Shown: one piece after another, positions 1-9,124 of the stretch
How the letters are laid out: each line of letters starts with the position of its first letter
Numbering within the stretch: the first letter of the stretch is position 1
Assembly: GCA_964248365.1 (NCBI GenBank)
Contig: CAXTYC010000034.1
Span: 1 to 57,084, forward strand
From: an uncultured Chroococcidiopsis sp.
Lineage (GTDB): Bacteria > Cyanobacteriota > Cyanobacteriia > Cyanobacteriales > Chroococcidiopsidaceae
DNA length: 57,084 bases
Direction: 5' to 3'
Position numbers and translations under genes: made by a program
Notes under the pieces: model-generated
Databases searched by the model: none
The model's input: only the letters and a program-made list of their open reading frames with translations
What the model was told of the DNA's origin: nothing

Positions 1-111
1 AAGCGAGTCAAGACAGAGACTCTGTTTCCCCCTCTCCCCCAACTTTTCAAGAGAACAGATAACTCGTTTAAAGTGCGCCCGTACGGTAGTTGGTAATTGG
101 CAACTGATTTC

Positions 112-163
112 CCTTTTCCCTTTTCCCTTTTCCCTTTTCCCTTCTTTGATTTCCCTTTTCCCT
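112..163. repeat. TTTTCCCT-type octamer tandem repeat (STRR-like)
   Basis: Repeated ttttccct units visible at 112-163. Confidence 0.8.
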
Positions 164-251
164 GAATTAACGGACAAAGGACAACTAACAAATACATAAT
201 AAAACTGGGGTCGGCAGTAAAACTTTACTCTCTGGTGAGAACTGAAAGTTT

Positions 252-1850
252 GTGATTGAGGTAGAAGTACATTACTCACTGCATAACTTCCTGCGATCGC
301 AGGCAGAAGCTGCATGGCATCATCATTTAACGATGGCGCGGTTAGTAGCAAGAGCCTTGCGGCTAGGACGGAGTGCCTTAATTCAAGTAGGCGCAGGTAG
401 TGCCTATCAGGGACGGTATCGCCTAAGTTATCTCGCCCCAGCCTTACTGTGGCAAGAACCAGTGATTTTGGTAGCAAGCCAAGAGGTACAACAACGCTTA
501 CTACGGGTTGAGATTCCGCCCTTACAGCAGTGGTTACAAACTAAAAAGGGAATTGTTACAGGCGAAGTCTTGCCTCATCCAGATTTCCGAGGACTGCTCA
601 TAACTTCCCCCACAGCTTGGCTAACAGCCCAATTGCAAGGTAAAGAAGACTTTCCCCCTGGCATTCCTACCCTAATTGATGGAGTGGATGATCTCGAAGA
701 CTGGACTCGTACCCAATTAACCGTTAGCATTGATCCCGCTGACTGGGATGAATTGATGCTGGCTTGTCCAGATGAGGCAGAGGCAATTCGGGAAGCACGA
801 GTACAACTGACAAAGGCAACCTTTGGACATCCTGCTAACCCCTACGAGTGCTATCTAATTTCCCAGCCAGAGCAAGAGATTCTCAGCAGTCTGTTTGAAA
901 GGCTAGGCTTTATCAGAGCTGAGGGAGCAAAGGGAGCTGAGGAGATACTACTAGCCACTAGCCTACCGGTTCCACTAGCCACTAGCCACTCCTTACCATC
1001 CGCTTGGCAGAAGTTTTGGCAGCGGTGGCAAATGAATTACCAACTGCGTTGGGCGACTATTTCTCGCGCCAATGGTTTGTTTTCTTTGTACTGCGCCCCA
1101 GCCCAGGTAGGTTCAGCCCTCGCACCGATTTGGTCTAGGCAGCCAGTGGTTTTAATGGGTAGTGTTTTAGATCAAGAAACCGAGGCGACAATCTATCGCC
1201 AGCGGATGGGTTTGCCCCAATTGACTTGCTTGAAGTTTGCAAGCGATCGCCATAGCGAACTGATTCAATTGTATTTACCCGATCAGTTTCCTTTACCCAA
1301 CACGCCACAATTTCAAGTTGCCCTGATGCAACAACTTCACTCGCTGATGAGCATCAAAGCAACAGTGCCAGGTTTAACGGTTGTGTTGGTAGGGGATACG
1401 CCGTTAAAATCCCAAGTTGGGGTAACGCTGGCGGCGGAGTTTGGTTCGCGGGTACAGGTAGAGAAAACCACTTTAGATGAAAATGGGATTTTGGTCAGTG
1501 GTTGGGAATTTTGGCGGCAGCATCAAGATGTACTACCAGATCCCAGGCTAATCGTGATCCCTACTTTGCCCCTGCCGTCGCTGGAAAATCCCCTCGTGGC
1601 TGGGCGAGTAGATTACTATAAGCGATCGCGCATGGATTGGTTTCGTCTATATCTGTTGCCAACGGCTTTAAACGAATTGGCAAGAGCGATCGCACCTGTC
1701 AGAAACCGTCAAGGCGTGGTTGCTCTGCTTGATAGCCGTGTACTTCACCGTAGCTACGGACAACAAGTTTTGGCTGCTCTTAGTCCTTTAGCAAGAAGCA
1801 ACTACCTGGACTCTAGCTTATTTTCGCAATCAAGTGAGTCAAGTTCTTGA
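252..1850 (+). CDS. Cyanobacterial DinG-like ATP-dependent helicase (helicase C2 domain)
   Basis: 532 aa; C-terminal LPLPSLENPLV...VALLDSRVLHRSYG resembles the DinG/Helicase_C_2 motif; GTG start. Confidence 0.75.
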   Translation: MIEVEVHYSLHNFLRSQAEAAWHHHLTMARLVARALRLGRSALIQVGAGSAYQGRYRLSYLAPALLWQEPVILVASQEVQQRLLRVEIPPLQQWLQTKKGIVTGEVLPHPDFRGLLITSPTAWLTAQLQGKEDFPPGIPTLIDGVDDLEDWTRTQLTVSIDPADWDELMLACPDEAEAIREARVQLTKATFGHPANPYECYLISQPEQEILSSLFERLGFIRAEGAKGAEEILLATSLPVPLATSHSLPSAWQKFWQRWQMNYQLRWATISRANGLFSLYCAPAQVGSALAPIWSRQPVVLMGSVLDQETEATIYRQRMGLPQLTCLKFASDRHSELIQLYLPDQFPLPNTPQFQVALMQQLHSLMSIKATVPGLTVVLVGDTPLKSQVGVTLAAEFGSRVQVEKTTLDENGILVSGWEFWRQHQDVLPDPRLIVIPTLPLPSLENPLVAGRVDYYKRSRMDWFRLYLLPTALNELARAIAPVRNRQGVVALLDSRVLHRSYGQQVLAALSPLARSNYLDSSLFSQSSESSS

Positions 1851-2112
1851 TTTCGTAGCCAGCATCAAAAAAAACACTCTTTGTGGACTTGCCTTTGTAG
1901 CTAGATCTAGTGCTGACAGTAACGCTATGATCGTGAGCAAGGGGGCTTGTACCATTTTGGATTTTGGGGATCATAGATTTTGGATTATTAAACCAACTCC
2001 CCAATTAGTCTGGTTCCCAGTCTGGGTTCCTGGGAAGGCAAAAGTCTAAAACCAAAGGGTATTAGCTACAGCTTTTCATTCTCGCGTGGCACAAAGGGTA
2101 TTTGAGCAAAAT

Positions 2113-2328
2113 ATGGGCGAATCAAAGCGTCGTAAAGCTGCACTAGGAGATAAATACGGTCAAGAAGCCCAGATCTTTCCCTGGCTTCCCATTACCAAAA
2201 AACAAGCAGACCAGTTGGTCACATGGAGCAATCGCATTGCTAAGATTGGTATCGGTTTGCTAGTTGTTTCTTGGGTTACAGTGCGGTTCATTGGTCCTGC
2301 CTTTGGTTGGTGGCAAGTAGTGAATTAG
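2113..2328 (+). CDS. DUF2839-like small membrane protein
   Basis: MGESKRRK N-terminus and RFIGPAFGWW C-terminus; ATG at 2113 preferred over 2086. Confidence 0.8.
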   Translation: MGESKRRKAALGDKYGQEAQIFPWLPITKKQADQLVTWSNRIAKIGIGLLVVSWVTVRFIGPAFGWWQVVN

Positions 2329-2728
2329 ACACAATTGACTTAATTCTTCAGGCAGAAGAATTAATCCACTTAATGATAGATATTTAAAGGACAGCTAAGG
2401 TTTCAAGGCTTCATCGAGCTTAATCCTTTAGCTGTCTTTATAGTTTTAATAAGTTATCTGGAATTATTGGCTCAAATGTGTAGATAAATATTGTATTCAC
2501 TGCGTTTTCCTGACGGCATCGCAGAATACACTGTTAACGGCGCACTGCCTAAATCGTTTAGTTATATAACTGACTGTTTTGATGCTCTGCTACCAGTAAT
2601 ATTCAAATTACTGACAAATGAGTACGTTAGGCATCAGTATATACCAGCTAAACTCAGGTAAAATTCTAAAGAAAATATAAAGAAAACGCAAAAAGGTCTA
2701 CAATTAGTGTGGTGTTTGGAGGAAAAAA

Positions 2729-3073
2729 GTGTTTCTGAGACTAGCAGAGCAACACCGACAATTTGTTCAGGATCTGGTAATGAACCTCCAAGCCCTGGCT
2801 ATCGTGCTAGAGCGGCGGGGGTACCCTGCATCCTGTTATACCTGCGGCGGTCAAATGAGCAGTGCCTCATTTATGGTCAGTTTGGCAGAAAATCATCTAA
2901 TTCGGTTTTTAGTGTCTGATTACGGCATTACTTGGACTGAAATGCGAGATGACCGCGAATTGATGAAGCTAGAAGGCGCTGAAGCAATTGGTCAGCTACA
3001 GGATCTTGCCAATTTAATCAAATACTCTGTTCCGCCCTGTGATACACCCAAAGTGGTTACTAAGCAGGTATAG
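2729..3073 (+). CDS. DUF1815-like conserved cyanobacterial protein
   Basis: MFLRLAEQHRQFVQDLVMNLQALA...ASCYTCG; GGAGG upstream. Confidence 0.8.
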   Translation: MFLRLAEQHRQFVQDLVMNLQALAIVLERRGYPASCYTCGGQMSSASFMVSLAENHLIRFLVSDYGITWTEMRDDRELMKLEGAEAIGQLQDLANLIKYSVPPCDTPKVVTKQV

Positions 3074-3090
3074 AAGTTGAAGTAGTACAG

Positions 3091-3130
3091 AAAAAGCGAG
3101 TTGGCAGTAAATTTCCAGCTCGCTTATTAT
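3091..3130. terminator. Probable bidirectional intrinsic terminator
   Basis: AAGCGAGTTGG-loop-CCAGCTCGCTT stem flanked by A/T tracts, between convergent DUF1815 and recA. Confidence 0.6.
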
Positions 3131-3259
3131 TTGATTACTAATTACATGAATATTTAATTCTTCATTCATCAGGCGCTTAAGCCCGCCGCCAACTCCTTTT
3201 AACTAGAAATTGTGGGGCAGGTGTCCCCACCTGCCTCAATATTCATGCAACAGGTGTAG

Positions 3260-4339
3260 TTACTCCTCAGTTTCCATATCCATGTCTTCAGAATCATCAT
3301 CGCTAGCTGCGCTTACCGAGTTGGCTGAAACCACAGCACCCATTTCCAACTTTTGCCTCACTAGCTGTTGAACTTCCTGTGCCAGTGGGGGACGTTCTTC
3401 TAGGTACTTGATAGCATTGTCTCGACCTTGGGCAATATTATCGCCGTTGTAGCTGTACCATGCCCCTTTGCGGATAATTATGCCAGTTTCTTCGGCTAGG
3501 TCAACAATACAACCGAGAGTGGAAACGCCTTTACCGAAAATGATGTCAAATTCGGCAATGCGGAATGGTGGAGCAACTTTGTTTTTGGCAACTTTGACTT
3601 TGACGCGATTACCAAATTCTTCTGTACCTTTTTTCAAGGTTTGAATTCGGCGAATATCTAGTCGCACTGAAGCATAAAACTTGAGAGCATTTCCCCCAGT
3701 CGTAGTTTCAGGATTACCGTAGGTAACACCAATCTTTTGGCGTAGCTGGTTGATGAAAAGTACAGTGCAGCCAGACTTACCAATGTTACCAGTAATCTTT
3801 CTTAAAGCTTGACTCATCAGGCGAGCTTGTAGACCAACATGGGCATCTCCCATTTCTCCTTCAATCTCAGCCCTAGGGACTAGTGCTGCTACTGAGTCAA
3901 TAACTACAATGTCAACAGCGGCAGAGCGAACCAGTTGATCGACAATCTCTAGTGCTGATTCTCCGGTATCTGGTTGGGAAATCAACAGGTTTTCAATATC
4001 TACGCCTAATGCCGCGGCATAGGAAGGGTCAAGGGCGTGTTCAGCATCAACATAAGCGGCAATACCTCCAGCTTTTTGGACTTCAGCGACCGCGTGTAGT
4101 GCTACCGTTGTCTTACCGGAACTTTCTGGACCGTAAATCTCGATTACCCGCCCTTTGGGTAAACCGCCGCCTAGGGCTAAATCTAGAGTCAATGCTCCGC
4201 TAGGAATGGTTTCCACTTTCATGCGGGTGGCATCGCCTAAGCGCATGATTGCCCCTTTGCCGAAACTGCGCTCAATTTGATTGAGTACTAAATTTAGGGC
4301 TTTTTGCTTGCCAGCGATATCAGTTGTTTCAATAGCCAT
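3260..4339 (-). CDS. recA: Recombinase A
   Basis: [10 protein letters not shown]-loop; [14 protein letters not shown] signature. Confidence 0.99.
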   Translation of the reverse strand: MAIETTDIAGKQKALNLVLNQIERSFGKGAIMRLGDATRMKVETIPSGALTLDLALGGGLPKGRVIEIYGPESSGKTTVALHAVAEVQKAGGIAAYVDAEHALDPSYAAALGVDIENLLISQPDTGESALEIVDQLVRSAAVDIVVIDSVAALVPRAEIEGEMGDAHVGLQARLMSQALRKITGNIGKSGCTVLFINQLRQKIGVTYGNPETTTGGNALKFYASVRLDIRRIQTLKKGTEEFGNRVKVKVAKNKVAPPFRIAEFDIIFGKGVSTLGCIVDLAEETGIIIRKGAWYSYNGDNIAQGRDNAIKYLEERPPLAQEVQQLVRQKLEMGAVVSANSVSAASDDDSEDMDMETEE

Positions 4340-4389
4340 TAGTGCCTCTAGGTAGGAGGTTTAAAAACTTTTGCTTGGGAGTGTAAACT

Positions 4390-4403
4390 AGTGCAGATAT
4401 ACT
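4390..4403 (-). promoter_or_regulatory. Putative LexA box upstream of recA
   Basis: AGTATATCTGCACT on the minus strand, about 50 bp upstream of recA; resembles the cyanobacterial LexA consensus RGTAC-N3-DGTWCB. Confidence 0.6.
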
Positions 4404-4511
4404 ATTTTAGCTAATTTTTTCTAGCTAAGCATAGCATTTGTACTTGGGAATTCGGAATTCCTGGTTCGTAATTTGTAATTGTCCCCCGTGTCTAATGTTT
4501 AAGTACGTGTA

Positions 4512-5738
4512 ATGACTTCTGAGTTTCTAGTGCCAGATACGGCAATCTCAGTAGCTGGACTGACGGCATACATCCAGTTGCTGTTAGAACAAGATGACCA
4601 GCTACGGCAGGTTTGGGTAACAGGGGAAGTTTCTAGTACTAATCATCATCGTAGCGGACTATTTTTTACCCTTCAAGACCCAGAGGCAAAGGCAGCAATC
4701 AGTTGTGTTGTGTGGAATAGTCAGCTAGCAAAACTGGCGCAGATGCCAACAGGGGGAGAGAGTGCGATCGCTTTAGGTAGTATTCGCCTCTATCCCCAAC
4801 GAGGACAGTACCAGATGACAGTTTGGCAGGTGTTACCAGCAGGGGAAGGGTTGCTTGCACTACGAAGACGGCAATTGCGCGATCGCTTGGAGGCAGAAGG
4901 GTTATTCTCAAGCGATCGCAAGCGATTGCTTCCTACCCATCCCCAAGTTATTGCTGTCGTCACCTCTGGTGCTGCGGCTGCTTGGGGAGATATTCAAAAG
5001 ACACTCAGGCGGCGTTATCCTGGTTTGCACGTACTGTTTTCCCCAGCAATTGTCCAAGGTGATGCCGCACCTGCTTCTATTGTGGCAGCAATTGAGCGGG
5101 TAGAGCGAGATGGACGTGGCGAGGTGCTGATTCTCTCGCGTGGTGGTGGAGCTGTTGAGGAATTAGCTTGCTTTAATGATGAACGAGTGGTGCGAGCCGT
5201 TGCTAATTGTTCTATACCAGTAATTACAGGTATTGGTCATCAGCGTGATGAGACTTTAACTGACTTGGTGGCTGATGTGTGTGTTCATACTCCTACAGCA
5301 GCAGCTGAAACAGTCGTCCCAGCACTGAGCGATCTTTACAATCAGCATCGGCAAAGAATAACAGCACTCCATACAGCCTGTCATCAGCAAATAGAAACGG
5401 CTGATGACCAGTTACAAATATTACGCAACCGACTACGGAATTTGCGATTAGACCAACAAATTAAGCAAGAAATGCAGACTTTGAAATGGCAACAGCAACG
5501 GCTACAGCAAGCGACAAGAGGGCGATCGCACCAAGCTATACAACAAGTGCAACTACTGCGACAGAAGCTAGCAACTCTCGATCCTCAAGCTGTTTTGAAA
5601 CGGGGTTACGCCGTTGTAAGACAGGAAAACGGTGCGATCGCTCATTCATCTACTGATTTAGCACCAGGACAAAATTTATCGATTCAATTGAGTCAAGGAG
5701 CAGTTAAAGTTCAAATAACAGAGATTTTATCACCCTAA
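4512..5738 (+). CDS. xseA: Exodeoxyribonuclease VII large subunit
   Basis: N-terminal OB fold; RGGGAVEELACFNDE, GIGHQRD, TPTAAAE, LKRGYA motifs. Confidence 0.97.
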   Translation: MTSEFLVPDTAISVAGLTAYIQLLLEQDDQLRQVWVTGEVSSTNHHRSGLFFTLQDPEAKAAISCVVWNSQLAKLAQMPTGGESAIALGSIRLYPQRGQYQMTVWQVLPAGEGLLALRRRQLRDRLEAEGLFSSDRKRLLPTHPQVIAVVTSGAAAAWGDIQKTLRRRYPGLHVLFSPAIVQGDAAPASIVAAIERVERDGRGEVLILSRGGGAVEELACFNDERVVRAVANCSIPVITGIGHQRDETLTDLVADVCVHTPTAAAETVVPALSDLYNQHRQRITALHTACHQQIETADDQLQILRNRLRNLRLDQQIKQEMQTLKWQQQRLQQATRGRSHQAIQQVQLLRQKLATLDPQAVLKRGYAVVRQENGAIAHSSTDLAPGQNLSIQLSQGAVKVQITEILSP

Positions 5739-5845
5739 TAATTTACTCTTTTAACGAAAACGTAGGTGTGATAGCAAGAGCGTAACACACCATTCTCTTG
5801 AAAAAGAGTTTGTTGCTTTGGCAAATATTAACAGTATTTTGACTC

Positions 5846-6103
5846 ATGATTGAACCGCTCCATCTCTCTATTTCTAATTCAGATTCTGTGCCATTTCACG
5901 AGGGCTGGAACTATGAAAAAGCTGTGGCTGAAGTAGAAAATATCATTGAGCAGATTGAAACAGGTAAATTGGAACTAGAAGAAGTATTCGAGCAGTTTAC
6001 AGTAGCTGTTGAGTATTTGCGCCAGTGCGAAACTTTTTTGCAGCAGCGACAGCAGCAAGTAGATTTATTAATTGAAAATCTAAACGATGAACCTGGATTT
6101 TAA
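5846..6103 (+). CDS. xseB: Exodeoxyribonuclease VII small subunit
   Basis: [24 protein letters not shown] motif; follows xseA. Confidence 0.92.
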   Translation: MIEPLHLSISNSDSVPFHEGWNYEKAVAEVENIIEQIETGKLELEEVFEQFTVAVEYLRQCETFLQQRQQQVDLLIENLNDEPGF

Positions 6104-6432
6104 ATTATAACAAGACAACATATGACTTTCTTACCCTCTTTATCGGGCTGAGGCTAATAGCTAGAAACAATTTTATCAAACATAAAATAATATAAATTAG
6201 AATTTTTGCAAAACTTTTGTGTATATATAAAGTTTTGCAAGAATTTTATAACAACGCAAAATATAGACTTAAAAATTTTAGTCCTGCTCCTAAAATTACA
6301 GCAATATCTAAAGTGATTTTCAATCAAATAAACATAAATTACTGTATGCCACCCATGCCCACCTTTTTTAATGAAATAAATTTGCCTAGTTCCCAGCAAC
6401 CCAGCAGGGAACCAGGGGAGAAAGGGACAAGG

Positions 6433-6479
6433 GGAGCCACTTGCGTGCGGGGGTTCCCCCCGCAGGGGCAAAGTGGCGT
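6433..6479 (+). repeat. Small dispersed palindromic repeat (SDR-like), copy A, inside a GGGACAAG octamer array
   Basis: GGAGCCACTTGCGTGCGGGGGTTCCCCCCGCAGGGGCAAAGTGGCGT; related inverted copy at 47801-47846. Confidence 0.75.
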
Positions 6480-6596
6480 GACAAGGGGACAAGGGGACAA
6501 GGGGACGTGTCCAAGCCTCCCTCTTTCCCCCCTCTCCTTGTCCCCCCATCTCCCCCTCCTCTTCTAGCCCCAAGCCCCAAGCAAGAGCGCCCCTAA

Positions 6597-7919
6597 TTAG
6601 GCAATACTGCCACGTTTTCGGGCTTCTTTAGCAGAAATTCCGACATTCTTCAGTCCAGCTTTAATCATTTGTTGTTCCAGCAGGGCAAAGAAACGAGCGC
6701 GATCGCCTCCTCTTACCACAGCCTGATTATGCGCCTCAGCCAGGGCGACGGGGTAGCCATATCCTTTTTGCACCTGAGCTAACATCAAACCCAGCGATTG
6801 GTCGAACAATTCCGAATTCTGTGCTACCCAAGCAGGTACTTCAATCCTGGCTATTTCTGTTCCAACGTGGACATAGCAGTAGTAAATAGTATGAGAGTCA
6901 TATAAATCAAGAATTCGGGCAGAACTCCGCCAAAGAGTACTACGTTGTCCTGGCTGTAAATGAATTGTCCACAAAGCCGTATCCCGCAATGGATCAAGCA
7001 CCTGACAGGGTGTTTTTTCCAGTTGATTAGGACAAAAGCTTATACAGTCCGGTACTTCGTGGGGACAAGCTTGCAAGCGCAAAAAATTTAGAGCTTCGCT
7101 ACTACGAGAAGCACTGAGATAACCCATGATGGGAATACCCAATTCTTTAAGCTGATCCCAAGCTTCCAGAATTGGCAGCAAAATTTGATCACGGGCATCT
7201 AGTGGCAATTGCTCTAAAAACCAGTAAATCAAAGAACCATCCACCATCGCCAGAGAAGGGGCTAGGGGCTTTGGCGTAGGGGCTAGGGGATTTTGGATTA
7301 AATTTTCTCCCTCAGCAACCAACGCTTCCTCAGCTCCCTCAGCTTTCTTTTGTCCCTCTCGCCTCTCGCCTCTTGCCTCTTGCCTCTCGCCCCTCGAAGA
7401 TCGCTCCTCGCCCCTCACCACAGCACCCGCTAATTCTGCCAATACAGTGGCTTCTGAGGCGGTGCGGCGATAGCCCATCCATTCGTCGGTGCGAATTCCC
7501 CACTGTCGAGAAACATATAAATCTTCCGGTCGATAGAAGACTTCTGGCAAACTATCAAGTAAGGGTTGCCGATTTTGTCCGTAGTGCAACACTACACGAC
7601 CGATATTCAGTAAATAGCAGTAGGCGATTTCATGGTGGTTAGGAGCAATTTGGGAACCGTCTGTAGCAATGACAGTATGAATATTTGGAGGTACTGGCAG
7701 ATCAATACTCGTGTTGAGAGGTTCTACTGGTGTACCACAGCCAAACAAAATGCGATCGCGCCATTGCTTTTGTTTGTACACCAGTTCTTGCTGTTGCTCA
7801 TGCGCCGCCGCCATTAGCTGTTGTGCTAACTCTAAACGCTGGCGACTGGCAACTGCTTCTAAGGTCATATGCTGGCTGATACCTTGCATTGCCTTAGCTA
7901 TTTTCGTTAAATCAAGCAT
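6597..7919 (-). CDS. nurA: NurA-family 5'-3' nuclease
   Basis: ATDGSQ, MVDGSL, ARIEVP, GYPVALAEAHNQAVV NurA motifs. Confidence 0.88.
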   Translation of the reverse strand: MLDLTKIAKAMQGISQHMTLEAVASRQRLELAQQLMAAAHEQQQELVYKQKQWRDRILFGCGTPVEPLNTSIDLPVPPNIHTVIATDGSQIAPNHHEIAYCYLLNIGRVVLHYGQNRQPLLDSLPEVFYRPEDLYVSRQWGIRTDEWMGYRRTASEATVLAELAGAVVRGEERSSRGERQEARGERREGQKKAEGAEEALVAEGENLIQNPLAPTPKPLAPSLAMVDGSLIYWFLEQLPLDARDQILLPILEAWDQLKELGIPIMGYLSASRSSEALNFLRLQACPHEVPDCISFCPNQLEKTPCQVLDPLRDTALWTIHLQPGQRSTLWRSSARILDLYDSHTIYYCYVHVGTEIARIEVPAWVAQNSELFDQSLGLMLAQVQKGYGYPVALAEAHNQAVVRGGDRARFFALLEQQMIKAGLKNVGISAKEARKRGSIA

Positions 7920-7992
7920 ATAAAGGCTGAAGGATAAAGGTTAAAGGCTGAATTCACACTTCATACTTCATACTTCATACTTTATACTTCTC

Positions 7993-8778
7993 TCAAGACC
8001 AAGCAGAGAAATCTTGTACAAATTGAGAAAGTGAAAGTAACCGAATTCGCTTGTGATGCTGAGCAATTTCTCGCTCAGATGCTGTATTGTAACCCCAAGA
8101 AGCCAGGTAAAGTCTCACAGATTCCAAGTCTGCTTGCTGTTGCACTAACTGCAACGTTTTTAATCGGTCTTCCACAAACCATAAACTAAATGGTGTTTCC
8201 GATGTTACTCCAATTAACTGCCTGATGATTTGGTGTTTTGGTTGCTTGCACTCCTTACCAAAAATTGACTGTTCTGACAGATCAACTCCTTGTTGCTGCA
8301 ACAGCCTGCTGACAAATCTACCTTCTTTAGTAGTAATAACTATTACCTGAACTGGACTAGCAACAAGTTCTTGCAATCTTTCCACCACCCCAGGATAAAA
8401 CCGATGCAAACTTAGCCAACCATCCAAATCCCTAGTAATCCACTCATCTCGAACTTGATCTAGTCTCTTACCAACGTCTGCTGCTGACAAATTTGCCTGT
8501 TGTAATAGCTGCTGGGCATCCGCCCCCCATTCCTGCCAAATCTGCTCTTGGGAAATCCCCACTACCAAAGCCCTAATTAAAACTGGCATTTCCCAACCAG
8601 TCTCAATCACCGGACGCAACTTGTAAAATAATGGTGCTAAATCATCTGGTGGCTTAGAATCAGAAGGCGACCAAATCTGACAATAAGTACGCCAAGCCGT
8701 TTCAAAATACTCAATCAGCCCATCACAAATCACACCATCAAAATCTAAAGCCAAAATCCTGGGATTATTCGCAGCCAT
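7993..8778 (-). CDS. HAD-family hydrolase
   Basis: LDFDGVICD motif I; FVEDR motif IV. Confidence 0.88.
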   Translation of the reverse strand: MAANNPRILALDFDGVICDGLIEYFETAWRTYCQIWSPSDSKPPDDLAPLFYKLRPVIETGWEMPVLIRALVVGISQEQIWQEWGADAQQLLQQANLSAADVGKRLDQVRDEWITRDLDGWLSLHRFYPGVVERLQELVASPVQVIVITTKEGRFVSRLLQQQGVDLSEQSIFGKECKQPKHQIIRQLIGVTSETPFSLWFVEDRLKTLQLVQQQADLESVRLYLASWGYNTASEREIAQHHKRIRLLSLSQFVQDFSAWS

Positions 8779-8877
8779 CTTTCCCTAGCTTAAAACTGCT
8801 GCTGCCAGATTAACCGATTTCACCACTCAAAAATCAAGCAAAGAAGCACAACGCTACACAACCTCTCTTCTTCCTTC

Positions 8878-8908
8878 CCTCTGTGTCCTCTGTGCCTCTG
8901 CGGTTCGT
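8878..8908 (-). repeat. ACGAACCGCAGAGG-type dispersed repeat
   Basis: Reverse complement matches 31600-31630. Confidence 0.65.
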
Positions 8909-8922
8909 CTACTTCTATAAAA

Positions 8923-8995
8923 CTGGGGCGCTAGGATTCGAACCTAGGGAATGGCGGGACCAAAACCCGCTGCCTTACCACTTGGCTACGCCCCA
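8923..8995 (-). tRNA. tRNA-Gln (anticodon TTG)
   Basis: Cloverleaf: TGGGGCG acceptor stem, GCGGG-TTTTGGT-CCCGC anticodon arm, GGTTCGAATCC T-arm; CCA not encoded. Confidence 0.96.
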
Positions 8996-9065
8996 ATAAA
9001 CTCAGCCTTAAATATAATAGCAGACCACCACTCCAGTATGTCAAGAAACACAACCAATTTCCGAC

Positions 9066-9100
9066 AAAATAAAATCCGCCGCTGACATTACCAGGGCGGA
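9066..9100 (-). terminator. Intrinsic terminator downstream of ycf45
   Basis: Minus strand TCCGCC...GGCGGA stem followed by TTTTATTTT. Confidence 0.55.
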
Positions 9101-9124
9101 CAAAAAATCAACCGTCTTAAATCC

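Noticed and set aside
6154..6580. ORFs 6154-6573, 6217-6567 and 6386-6580
   Set aside because: Translations of AT-rich spacer plus octamer/SDR repeats; no protein-like features.
8923..8995. tRNA-Gln as an integration site
   Set aside because: No integrase and no duplicated tRNA 3' end seen; flanked by ordinary genes.
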